Assembly (NCBI GenBank): GCA_043228905.1
Contig: JBHGNT010000001.1
Coordinates: 8,618,001 to 8,682,000 of the forward strand
DNA from: Azolla caroliniana
Lineage: Eukaryota > Plantae > Polypodiophyta
Length of the DNA: 64,000 nt
Direction: 5' to 3'
Position numbers and translations under genes: made by a program. The notes below the pieces were generated by a model. It was not told the DNA's origin, ran no database searches, and saw nothing but the letters and a program-made list of their open reading frames with translations. Of this stretch, positions 1-13,600 are shown piece after piece (the stretch's first letter is position 1; each line of letters opens with the position of its first letter).

Positions 1-1109
1 AAAAACTGTTGGGGAGAAAAAACCAGACCATGAAAATGAAATGTACTATACTAATCTCCACCTCTCACCCCATTTGCTTCGATCCCCACAACTTATTCAC
101 TCTCCCTTCATGATGTGCTTCGGCCCCCTCACCATCATCACTCCTAAAAACAACCAAATTGCTTCATTCAATCCACCTCCACCATCTCGCCGAATGCTAC
201 CAATGTCCTGTGGAATTAACAACCAAATAAGTAAAAAAATTCCTCATCCCCTCATGAGCTGCTTCGATCCCCCCCACCATCATCACTCCTAAAACAGACA
301 CATTGCTTCCTTTAGAACTATGTAGTTTCCTCGTGTATCTAGGCCATGACCAAAGTACAATGTATCCTTCAATGCAATATACGTTTTCTTTGTGATAATA
401 CATGTGCCCTTGAGCACCTTGATTGACTCGTTACTTGCTCAATCAAGCAACATCCATTTATGAGTTGTCGGGTTGTGGTTGCTCTATAACTTATTCGCAT
501 GGCCATGGTCTTCTAAAGAAGTTTAGTACCCGCCTTTGCACATGCCTTGTTGGGCTTCTACCTCAAGAAGAAATAATCTGAGTTCATGACTCGAGAGAAT
601 GGTCCAAATCCATCTTCAATGAGGCAATGGAAGAGCCCTTAGATGTCATAGTAAATTGAGCAACGACATAGAAAGTTTTCGTGAAATCCTAGCTCTGTAT
701 GGCATGAAACCATGTTCTATATTAAAGAGGGACATCCTTATACTCGCATATCTTTATCTACCGATTGAGATGACCAAAACATTCGATGGTAGATCATATG
801 ATTACATTTAAGAGTAATTATGGAAGAAAGTCCACCACCTCCTATCACGTTATGCTCTTGGAAACATGTGTTCAACCTATAGAGATATTGGAGCTACAAA
901 GAGCATATAAATACATTACAAAAAGCCAAGAATATGGCAAATCATAGATTATCACATCATTGCTTGGAATGTTGGATGTAAACTACGGGAAGAATCAAGC
1001 GAGAACAAAATTCTTTCATTCGGTTCAAAGGAAGGAGATACACATCAAGAAAGCTTTTGTACTTTAGGTCGTGTGGGTCAATATTGGCCTCTCTATGGAC
1101 GGTAAAAAT

Positions 1110-1410
1110 ATCTATCTATCTATCCATCCATCCATCCAATCATCCATCCCATTAGAGATATCAATAAGATTCGGAAATGACAGTCCAAACATGGGGAATC
1201 TTGTGTAGAATGTGTGTATGTATGGACATGTATGTGTGTGTGTGTGGGGGGGGGGGCATTTGTGGGTAAATTTGGTAATATGTGTATGTATTTGTTTAGG
1301 AGAAAGACACACATATACATATGATATACATACATACACACACATATACATATGATATACATACATAGATGTATGCATGCATAGAGACATACACACATAT
1401 CATACATACA
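1110..1410. repeat. Compound microsatellite cluster (CTAT/CCAT, GT, poly-G, TACA/CA) upstream of the SEC1-like gene
   Basis: Directly visible simple repeats; they explain the spurious ORFs at 1112-1407. Confidence 0.85.
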
Positions 1411-1626
1411 TAACGCTCAGAGAGTGCGCTCAATTCCATAAGCAGTCAGAGGTACTCATCATCTTCGCCTTCGTCTTCGTCTTCGTTTCTCTGAGTATTC
1501 CTCCTCCTCCAACGGAACGTCATACCTGCAGATCTTTCATTTCCTTTACTCCTCGCGTTTCCTTTCTCGTCGCCGTCTTCTTCTTGTTCTTCAAGATCAG
1601 CATTCATATCATCCTTTCTGCGATTC

Positions 1627-4600
1627 ATGGCGGATTCTGACGGTTCTTCGTCTTCTTCATACCAGAACGGCTACAAGTCTTTCCGCCAAGCTAGTCGGGA
1701 ACGTGAGTTTCTATAATGATTAAAACAATTTCTTTATTTTTCAGATCACACACACAAAAACACACGTAACATAGAGATACAATTTCTCATTTCTCAGCTA
1801 GCATACATACACACAGAAATGACTTCCTTTTAGAACTTCTTTTGCGGTGTCTTTCATCCTAACTTCATACATCGCAGTTGGACCTAATTCGTAAACATAT
1901 TGTTCAATTTTTTTTTTGCATTTCCTCTTTTATTTTACTGTAACTCATCCGTCACAGTTTGACTGATTCATCAACACGTTTTCTTGGGTAGTTTTGCAAT
2001 TTTTCTTCTACTTTTTTATCCCATTTTCATCCATCATAGGTTGACCAGATTCATTATCGTCTTTTCATGTATCAATTGTGTATTTTTTGCCTTTCTATTA
2101 TCTTTCTAATTCATAAGCATCCTTTTTTTTCTCTTTCTTGCTTCACATTTTTATCCTATTTCTAGTTTGATATTGTTTTTCAAAACATTTCTCGTTTTTC
2201 TTATACTACTGTTTTTATGCAGGCCTACTTCACGAGATGCTGAGGGCAGCAAGATCGAAGGATTCTTCTGATTGGAAGGTAGGCTACACATGCCATGCAC
2301 AATTTATGTCCATAAAAGTTATGGAAAAAAAATGTTAGCTTATGTCCATAGAAGTTATGTTAAGAAAATAGCAGTTCATGTTTATAGAAGCAATTAAAAG
2401 AAAAGCTTAGCCTTATGAGAAGGTTTTGTAGGCATAAATAAAATTGTGAAGGAATAAATATACATGATGATGGAATTTGATCTCGTGAAGATATATGCTA
2501 ACTTATGCTCTCCTATGTCCACTGAAGTAATGGAAAGAAAAGGTTTGACTCAAAGAAGATCTTTTTATAGAGAATACTAATATTTACCTGAAATTAATTA
2601 TACCATTGAAAAAGATGAAGAAATTTGATTGAAGGATTCTTCTGATTGAAAGGCAGGGCAAAGATCCACCTTAGTTGGATACAACTGAAAATTTGGAAGA
2701 AACAAGGATTTCATTGAAGGGGTACTCTGATTGAAAGTTAATCCAATATGATGCTCAGCATTCTCAACTTTGAGGTGGGATGTTAGCCTTTAGGAAAAGA
2801 GAACTGTCAATCATACAAGATCCCTCTATAGAGACTCTTCCTTGTAATGCAAAATAGAAAATCAAAAGAGCTTTATGATGTTTTATAGTGCCTCATCGAA
2901 AAAAAGAACCTGATGTTTTGGTTGTTGTGGGTCAAAATGTCGACGTACACTTTAAGAAGATTGGAGCATCACGTAACCTGATTCATATACAGGAGTATTA
3001 CGTTTTGAAGCCTCTTGAAGAAATCATCATTGTGATGGTTAATAACATCGAAAAATGTTGTATTGAAAACTTATTTTGCCTGAGGTGTTAAATGTCTTCT
3101 GCTTTTATGACATTATTTATTTATTTACTTGCTTCACGGGAACTTTTGAATTCAGGCAAGAGAACATTGCATGGCCAGTGTGAATGGCTAAGAGTTGATG
3201 GTGCCTAAACGGGAGGAGCTAGGCTGATATGCTCCTAGTTCAGCTATCATTGGGGGAAATGTGTGCGTGTGTAATTGTGAAGTAGTGCCTCAAATAGTCA
3301 GTTTAGACTAGGCCCTATATAAAGTCACCTAAAAGTTATATGTGAGTAGGTAAGATAATCTTTTGAAGAGGTGCTCTTGGTAGAATGAGCTTGAGTTGCC
3401 TTAACTCAAAATTCAGTTTTAGAGCTAATGGAGAGAGATTACCAAAGCTGACTTGCTCCCTTCTCTATTTGCTCAGTGGAGAGTACCTTGGAAACTCTTC
3501 TCATGGGTTTGAGTTGCTGAAATAGGCTTAAAATGCTTGCTGTTTTATAGGTTTTGGTCTTTATCTTGTTTTACCCTCTGTTACTAATTATCAACAAAGA
3601 AAACTGATAGGTCTGCCTTTCTTGGAGCCAGCATGGTGTCAACTTCCTTGTTTAGAAGCAATTTAGCTTCTTGGATGTGAAATGAAGTTCAATAGGTACA
3701 CAATCTTAAGGTGTTTCTCCGTTTAGAAAGACTTTTTTGGTGGTGAAATTGTTACTAGTGGTTTATTCTGTGGTTTAGCATGTCTTGAAATTCCACAGGC
3801 TGATTTCAATGTACTACACCTTCATATAAGCAGGAAAATAATATCATATTAAATATATGTGGGTTGAGTTTTTTTATTTGGCATTTTCTGTATTATGATT
3901 ATATTATTTAATACGACTTTTAAGTGCCAATATGGAAGGATATTAAGTGATCTAACATATGACTTGATCTATTAGTTGCTAAACCAATGTTAAATAAGTT
4001 GATAATTCAATGTACTATCTTCTCATGATATGTTATTATCAGATTGAAGTAAGTATTCCTACTTCACAGGTTCTTATTATGGATGAGGTGACTGTGAAAG
4101 TGATGTCTTATTCTTGCAAGATGGCAGATATAACAGATGAAGGCATCTCATGTAAGCTGGTGATTTGTTGCTTCACAATAAATTTAAGTTAACAAATTGA
4201 AAAATATAGCGAGCTCAGTTGTGTGTTTATAAATATGGTGGTTAACTATGCGATTATGATAATCCTGTATCACGTTTGTGGGGAAATGCAAACACCTTGT
4301 GCCAGGATACAAACAAATTAACAATCCATCTTTTTGGCCAGAAAAAAATTATTTATACAGTCAGGGAAGTATGTTTCAGAAATGTTTTCAAACATATTGC
4401 CATATTTAGTCTAGAATTTACTAATATATAAATGTAAAATATCTAAACTTTTATTTAGCTATGAAATAAAAAGAAATGTCTCTATGGCACTTTGTAAATT
4501 CTAATAACATAAATGAATTTCTGAAATTTCAAGACAATTTTTAAGTGATGTGAAATATACAGCTGAAAGTTGAAATGACTGAATTAAAGAGTTCACGCTC

Positions 4601-7600
4601 CAATAGAAAAGTAATGGAATGGATTTCCTAACTTTGGGCAACTCAACCAAATCCCAAGTATCATTTTCATTCAAAGCACTCGTATTCTTGCATTGCCAGC
4701 TCCCACTTGCTTTTGTGCTCTCTAAAAGTAGAGGCTCACCCTCATCAGTCAACATGATATATTGCAATGACAGATTGAAGCTCTGTACATGCCTTCCAAC
4801 TCTTGTAGACCTTCTGGTTCAACGATCTACATTCTCAGGCACAGGGTCTAAATCAAGAGGAACCATGACATCATCATTTTAGATATTGCCTCTCTAAAAG
4901 TGGAGGCCCATCCTCATCAGTCAACATGATATATTGCAATGACAGATCAAAGCTCTATACATGCCTTCCAACTCTTGTAGACCTTCTGGCTCAATGATCT
5001 ACATTCTCAGGTGCAGGTTCTAAATCAGGAGGAACCATGAGATCATCATTTTAGAGCTGCTGTCGATCATTTACAGCCCTATTTTCATCATACGATATAG
5101 GCTACTCATTGTCATCAAGGGCATTCAATGGTTGTCCAACATATTCTGGCACAATTACAACATGCTCAAAGTTATTTTCAGCTCTTTGTGGTGCATCCTG
5201 GGACATGTTTTCAACACTTATGGGTGGATGTACATGCTGAAAATTTGACTCTTTTATAGTCACCTTTTGAGGCTACATTATCTTTAAGTCGCTTTGCCTA
5301 ATTAAAAACTTCCTAGCTGTGTGCTACTTTCATAAACTGACGTAACCAAATTCTGTAATCCATTTCACCTTCATCACCACATACCATAAAGTGCCTTTGA
5401 TGGACTTAGCATCATGCCTATTTCTTAAGTCTTGCTTGATTTGCATAAAAAAATGACAATCAATGCATAGTTGGTCATGTGAAGCATTTGCGAGAGCAAA
5501 TGCCTTCGGATGCTACTTTTAGTGCTATGTGAAGAGATTGATTGCAAAGATGAATCAGAGTTTATAGCCTCTTCCCAAATCTTGCAAGAAAGATAAGTTG
5601 TGGATAACATGCATCTCACTTTCTCTCACAGTCTTGTACGTTCAGCCACACCATAACAAGAGGGTGTACAGAGAACTATCAGCTCCTTCGTAATACCATG
5701 AGAATCACAAAATTTCTGGAATTTAGTGTTTGTGAATTCCCCACCATTGTCAGTTTGCAGACATTTCAAATTTCTACCTACCTGAATGTTCACAAATGCA
5801 TGAAGTTTTTGAAAGGCTGGAAGGCTGTCTATCACATCTATTTTTCAACAAGTAAATCCAAAGTTTTCTAGGGAAATCATCAACATATGAGAAGGTAAAA
5901 AGTATGATACATACATCATAATGAAGAAGGCCAATGAGATTCTACTTGTGAGACATGTTAGAATAGTAAAGAACTCTTTACTTGCTTTCCATATTGACAA
6001 TCATTACAAAAGTTTTTTGTGCTCTTTTTGGCTCATATGGCTGCTTTATAGTGTATCTCTTCAACAAAAAACTTTACGACAAAGCTTTTCCAATGAAAAC
6101 AATAGAGATTGCCTTCTTTTCTGCCATCTACAACCAGATCCATTTTTAAGAATAACCACTGAATGCAATACTATATCCATGCATATCTAGCTTTCTGGTA
6201 GATAAAAGTCTTTTCTTGATGTAGGTACATATGTGGTGACATCATGCAATGCAAGCTCTTGGCTATGTGCAAGGTCAAATGCACAATACCAATTCCACCA
6301 ATAATGGGCATGATTATTGTTGAGAAAAATGTTTCCATAAGTGCCTGCATGAAATGATGAAAAAGTTCCTTTATAGGAGGCACATGAAAGGATGCACTTG
6401 AATCCACAATCCAAGTGTATGTGAGAGCATCTTGTATGGTCAATAGTAGATCAATGGCATCACCCTTGTTGATTTTCATGCCTTAAGCATGGATACCAAA
6501 GGCATCATCAGATGAAGTGGCACAAAGCATGTCTTTTTATAACAGTGGAGACGATAGTAGTCTTCTCCTTGCCTTTGGAGTTGTTTTTTCATTCATTTGG
6601 ATTGTTCTCCTTCTTGCTATTGTTCTTCTTCTTTCTTTCTTGCTCCTGTTTGTATTACCTACAATGTGGATTATTGTGGCCATTCGTGCCACACTAATAG
6701 CATGTTACATCAGACTACTTACCCTTGCTTTTGCTCCTGTTTCTCTGCTTACATTTCTCTTCTTCTGATCATATGAGAGATTCGTTTCACCACTTGCTTT
6801 TCGCCTGAATTTTCGTTTAGGGCTGACCCCCTAACATCATCAAATGTAAGATTGAGGCTATTTGATAATGAGATGACCAAGCATCAAACCACCCCCATAA
6901 GCAAGAAAATGGTCTTCACTTTGCCATCGATGGGAAATAGAATGGAATCTTGCAACTAGGATGATGTAATTGTAAGATGCCAAAGAGAGGCTAGCATCTG
7001 CTTAACATACCAACAATGAATATCTCACTGTTCTGCCAGCTGTTTGGATGACATAAGTACCAATTCTGAATACATTTTGCTTTGTAAGTATCAAGTCTGT
7101 TAGATACACAAGTCACTGATTGGAATAGTCTTTTTGTTGCAATTGGATCTGCTCCCATCTCAGCCCTGGTTATATAGGGCATGCTGCTTAATTATCACGC
7201 GGGAAATCATCAATATGAAATGTGTCCTATGAAGGTTTGGTCCCCAAGTTTGCATCCTATAGGGAAATGTCAGTATTACAAGTGTGTCAAATAATCAAAA
7301 TTTTATTCATGTTTCTTAAAAGTGTATTATATCCTGAAAAATGTGAAGTGAAAGTCTATTGAGATTTCCATTACCTAAGCATATTAAAATGAAGTTTAGA
7401 TAGACTAATAATTCTGTCTTTAAAAGATGTCTAACATAGGCTGGTCTAATATTGATTGAGACCATTGACAAGAGAGGGATGTCTAGTAGTGCATCAGAGA
7501 GAGGAGGAAATGCTTGTTCTTAGAGGGAGATGTTAATTAATGTTTTCAAAAGGTCAGAGAGACCTTTGATGCAGACTTTGTTACATCTACGTTTTATATA

Positions 7601-10600
7601 GAGAGATTTTGCTATGTCTGTAGTGGTAGAGGATTTAAACAAACGTAGACAACCATTACCTGCGTTTGATGCTGTATACTTCATTCAGCCTAAAAGAGAA
7701 AGGTAATATCTTGATTTTATTTATATGACATGTATGCATATTAAAACTTCCTTGGCTGTTTATGAAGGTTCCATATAATATGCTTATAATCCAAAAGGTT
7801 CTTCTTGTTGCACATTTTATTGCTATTTTTTTCTCATTACCCAAATTGACATTATGAATATAACTTAAGATGTGTGAACAAAAATAACTGAACTTGAAGA
7901 TTTTGGAGAGAGATGTTGACGATGATGATGTAGGCTCTACACAGGAGACAGAAAGACTTAACATATTATGTCCATGTTCTATATTCTAGAAGTACTTATA
8001 AAATGTAAACATTTCTAGTTGGAATTTTGCATGGTTTAAAGAATATATTTCGTAGTTCAGTGATACTACTGTGTTTTTACCTGCAAGAATTTGCATGTTT
8101 TGGACATTGCTGAATGATCCCAGATTAATGGAAGCATATTATTCTCTAGTGTGCAGAAGCTCAAGACGGACTTGTCTGGAAAGAGTCCACTTTACAGAAA
8201 GTAAGATTGGAGACATAATACCTTTAATGAGATCTGAAATGTCCCAGATAGAAAAGTGAATAAATTTATTTATTTTATTACAGGGCACATGTGTTTTTTA
8301 GCTCTCCAGTATCCAGGGATGTGCTTCAGACAATCAAAAGTGATAGTGCAGTTCTTTCTCGAATCGCCAATCTACAAGAGGTTAGTTATTAAAGAAAAAT
8401 TTCAGTGAAGTGAAGATTTATGAGTGAATAAAAGTGCATAATTCTGTTTCTCTTTGTGCAAAACCAGGTAAACTTGGAATACTTGACAATTGATTCTCAG
8501 GTAATAGCTGACTCTATATCCTGACAAATGAAACTATTAGGACGAGGGTATATGACATGATCAAACAAAATTTCAAGTTTTATTGTGACTCTGCAGGCAT
8601 TTTCAACCGACACCCCAAGAGCTTTAGAACAACTTTTTGGGGAGCATAGTGAGGGTAGCCAAATTTATGATGAATGTCTTGGGACAATTGCGACTCGACT
8701 TGGAACTGTCTTTGCATCATTAAAGGTTTGTCAATTTCTGATTTACATTCTGTCCTTTGTTTATTTCTGTCAGTTAAATTGTTTTTTTTGACTAATGTTC
8801 GGTCAAATGATATAGGAATTTCCAATAGTTAGGTTCAGGGCTGCACGATCAGCAGTAGATACAAATACTCCAACTACTTTTAGAGATCTTGTACCAACAA
8901 AGTTAGCAGCAGCTCTTTGGGATAAACTTCAAAGATACAAGAACACTTTGCCTCAATACCCAGATGTAGAAACTTGTGAACTTTTGATTGTTGATCGCTC
9001 AGTTGATCCGGTGTGTTCTAACTTCTGAGTAATATATGCACATATATTGGATGAATCTAAGGTTTTCAATGTATTCGTTGATTGTTTTGTCTGATTGGCA
9101 GATTGCACCCATTATCCATGAGTGGACTTATGATGCCATGTGCCATGATTTACTAAATATGGAAGGGAACAAGTACGTGTATGAGGTAGAAAAGAAATTT
9201 ATTTATTTATTTTTGCTATTCCTATTTCTGGTCTCAGTGAAGGTGGATTTACTCCTTTGATTTAACATTTTTAACTCTCTGAGCTCAGGTTACAACAAAT
9301 GCAGGGAGGACTGACCGGAAGGAAGTTTTACTTCAAGAACATGATCCTGTCTGGGTTGAGTTACGGCATCTTCATATTGCTGCTGTAAGGATGGAACTTC
9401 AATAGTTTATAAATAGTTGGGTTCTTTATGAAACTTAAAACTAAAACCCAGTTCATGTTGTGGAACTACAGGTTAATAAGAAGCTTGATGAAAAAATGGG
9501 AAATTTGAAGGAAAAGAATAAGGCTGCTCAATTAAAACTTGGGGCCAAGTATGCAGCCATCTTCCTTTTTTTGTTTTATGCCCTCGAATAACAATTACGA
9601 AAAGATCAGTTTCTTGTTTAGTCTGTTATAGCTAGAAAAGTGACACATTTTCTTATGCAAATTTGAAGATTGGGTTCCTATTAGTGAGTAGATAATAAGC
9701 CATTTCAAGTTGCAACAAATGGGGAAATTTGCGTTCATTGGATGGAAATTCACGTGTGGCAGTTACAAGGATGTTTAAGAATGGATCGAGACTAGACTGG
9801 AACAGCTCTCATAGTTTTTTAATATGTGGCTTGTGACAAATGGATTTTCAAACAAGTTTCAGGAGTTGTGTGGTGCTGTTCAGGATTTTCCTTCCATTTC
9901 ATGCTAAATCCATCCAGATTCCATGCACAGACACTAAAATTTCCCATTATTTGCTAATTGTAGACATACTGGAAGGTGTTTAAGTGTCAACTTCCCCAGG
10001 ACGAGTTTCAGTACAGGAAATTTTGGATATTGTTGACATAAATTCTGATGTGGAAGGCTGAATTGCCAAGGATATTATTTTTTGGAGTTTGGTGATTGTT
10101 CTTAGTGTTGTTTGACCAGGCTTTTAGCTTGTAACTCTCTTAACATTACTTAGATGACCACTAGATGTAACCCTTTTCACCTTTATTAGCGATAATTAAG
10201 GCATCTTGAGATCTGATATGAATAATATTGATGATGGGCACTAGGATGAACACAGCTGATGCCTAGTAATATATACACAGAGATTAATCATAGGCCTTAT
10301 ATTCAAAAAACTGAGATTTGAGCCCTTCCATATCTTAAGGCACGCAGATGAATCATAGGCCTTACATTTAAAAAACCACTCCTTTTGTGCAACGGAGACT
10401 TGACCCCTACCATAATCTCAAACGGCGGGGCTACCAGATACTAATCTCATGCACGCAGTGGGAGTACGAGTTGTAGGTATAATCAAAGTGTAATCTCTAG
10501 CTACACGGAACTCAAACATGCAAGTGGTCGTTGATGATGTGCAGGCTTCATGACTTTGTTGGAAGATTCCAGATATAGAAGTTGAATACGGAGGATTAGG

Positions 10601-13600
10601 ACTAATCTACAAGGGTATATAACATTGAAGATCAGGCAGTCTAGCAAGCTAAACTGATGAATACAGCAAATGATGATATGCCAAAGAGAAGGATTAGGAC
10701 TAGAAAATGGTATGTTAATGATCCATGGGACCAATAATTGTCACCAATGATCTGTGGTATAACAAAAAGCAAAGGCTGAAATGAAAAACTAAGTTTATTT
10801 CCTTATTTCGCTGCTTGGATCTTGCATTTGTTTGCGTCTGTGGTCGAGTAGATGAGCAAAGAGAATTCCAAGAATTGTTAGCAATGGTTCCATCCTGGTT
10901 ATGACAGTCTTGTAGGAATTCCTGATACTCATGTCTGATGTTCTCAACATCGGTTATTCCAAGAGGGCGGAAAATAGACACATGTGGTGTTTCATGTGTG
11001 CCAGTGCCAATAGGTATTGCCTCCTAGTTGGGAATACATATTGTGTGTGTTGTTTGTTATTGACATTGTTCTTGGACTTCTAGAAATATGTACACTGGTT
11101 TTCCAATTTATTGTTGAATTTGTTTATAGCAGCTCTTGCTGTAATATTTTTGTTTAACAGTTAGAAGCTGATTCCTATAAAATTGGTTGACTACAGGGAT
11201 GGACAGGAACTTTCAACTCGGGACATGCAAAAAATGGTGCAAGCATTGCCACAATATCGCGATCAAATTGAAAAATTGAGTCTGCATATTGATGTAAAAC
11301 AACCGTCTAACATCATAATTTCTTTCATTTAGCTAACTTAGTGTTTATTCAGCATTATACTGATAATAGTTGTTCTTACAATAGATTAAGTCAGAAAGAA
11401 AGATATATTAACAACTTTTAAGAGGCCAAAATGTCCCATGAGACCAAATGGGAGATTACATCTTAGAATGTTTTATCATCTTTGAAAACAACAAACCAAA
11501 ACAAATGTAAGTAGATTAGTGGAACTGTCTAAGATACAATAAATTCAACTATCATGACGAGCTTAGATGGACTGAACCTTCTGCATTCAAATAATCTTCA
11601 GCATAAGCTGATTGAAGATGAAGTCTCTGATGCAAGGAAAGCACCTTCAAATTTGGGTGATTATGGCCTTAATTTGCTGAAAACAGGATTGATTGGGTTG
11701 TGGCCTCGATGCATGACACATTGCTACTTCCCAATCTGTTGTAACTCTTGTAGCATGAAGTAAAGTTTTGGTGATGCTGCCAAATAAAGTTTTGATGGTT
11801 CTTTGCTGATAAGGTTTTGTAGCTATATCATTATCCATCAACAAAATAATCTGGGAGGAGATAAGAGCACCCCCAATCATCACTGAGGCATTATTCCAGC
11901 CAGTCTCCGATATCAAAACGACTAGCTGAACACAGAAATAATCCTTGTTCATGTGCTGAAACGCAAAATTGTTCAAGCCACATGGCATAATCATAAATGC
12001 GCCACCCCTGTTCCAAAATAGCTTGGACTGTCCCGATCTAAACACAATCAAATTGGAAAAGAATACGGTAATCCAAACTGATATTATCAACTTGGATAAT
12101 GAAAGAACATGGATCAGCCTCACAAAATCTCTTGGTAGGAAGATAGCCCATATTAAGGCACACTTTTTACACACATTGGAGATTGGATTCATCACCTGGC
12201 CCTCTTATGTGGACATTGCTCTGCATTGCAACACAATGTGATACGGAAACCGTGAACCTCTTTACATCAGTTAGAAATTGAGGTAGGCAAGTATGCATGC
12301 ATACCTCTAGAAGAAAGAATTGGCTAATTGTGTCATCAAGGTGTAGGATATGAAGAATACTATTTTTGTCATCGTATTGTTTTTTATGAAATAAGAGGGA
12401 GATACGATTGCCTCTGTAACCAAGGCTTTGGCCCATTACACAACATAATGGGATATGAAGACCAACAGTGCCTGGAACTATTCTTGCTAGAACTCAAAAG
12501 ATACGAGGACAACCATACAAGCTCATCAACAAAGAACAATCAGACACACTTTCTTTAGCCACATCACTCCTACTCATGCTACAATCAAGGTCTACACAGT
12601 TGGCTCCCAACTAGGAAATTGCAAAGGGGTTACAATCGGGCAATAGCAATTTATCATTCATGTACGCCATGACCCCATGACTGATAAAGGCCATTATCTT
12701 CCTTCATCGCAAGTGTTTCGCTTGCATTGGAGATCTCTCCATTCTCGATAAACCTATGTGAGAGTTTTCTTGAAGGAAATTTTCAATCTATTTGTCTTGA
12801 GAATCTTACATCTATAGACCACAATATTCTTTAGTCACGTTTTATTTTATTGACTTTTTTACCTAGTTACATTTATTTTGTTTTGTTCTCAAAGATGAGA
12901 CAACATTTTAAGATGCAATCTCTTGTTTGGTCTTACAGTCCATTTTGGCCTCTTGAAAAGATGTTATCTTTTGTTCTTTCCATATATCTCTTGATTTATA
13001 GCCAGACCAGTCCCAAGCATTGTTGGTTTTCATATTTTGTTACCTTGCAGATGGACCAAAGTATTGTTTCAAGGTGTAGTAGAATCTCCATTTCAGCTTG
13101 TAGAAAACACTACAGTGTTCACCTCATTCCGCATCCTGATGTCACAATTTGCAGATCTGTCTTCCCATAGCTTGTGTGCATGTCTACATGTTAACTACTT
13201 GAGAGGCCAGGAGCTGCCCTATTGCATTACAGAGTGTGTATCCATGTAAGAGGGCCTAATGATAAATCCATTCTGTGACAAGTCTTAGAAGAGGGCTTAT
13301 AGTGAGCCCTCTTCTTACCAAGAGGAATTGTGGAGTTGACCCACATTCTTTTATTATTCAATCCACTTTGATCGTGTCTAAGTGTGTACAATCCAAACTA
13401 TATTGGAATGAAGGTAGTTATTGCATTTCAGCATGCCAACAATCATTGTCTCCCTGTTCTGCCAGCTGTTTTGATGACACATCGCAAATCTTGAGTACCT
13501 TAGTTTTGGGAGCCCCCGAATCTGTCGAATGCAAAGTCACTGATAGGAATTATTTTGCAGGCAATCATTGAGACTATAGGCCTCACAAATCTCTTCAGCT

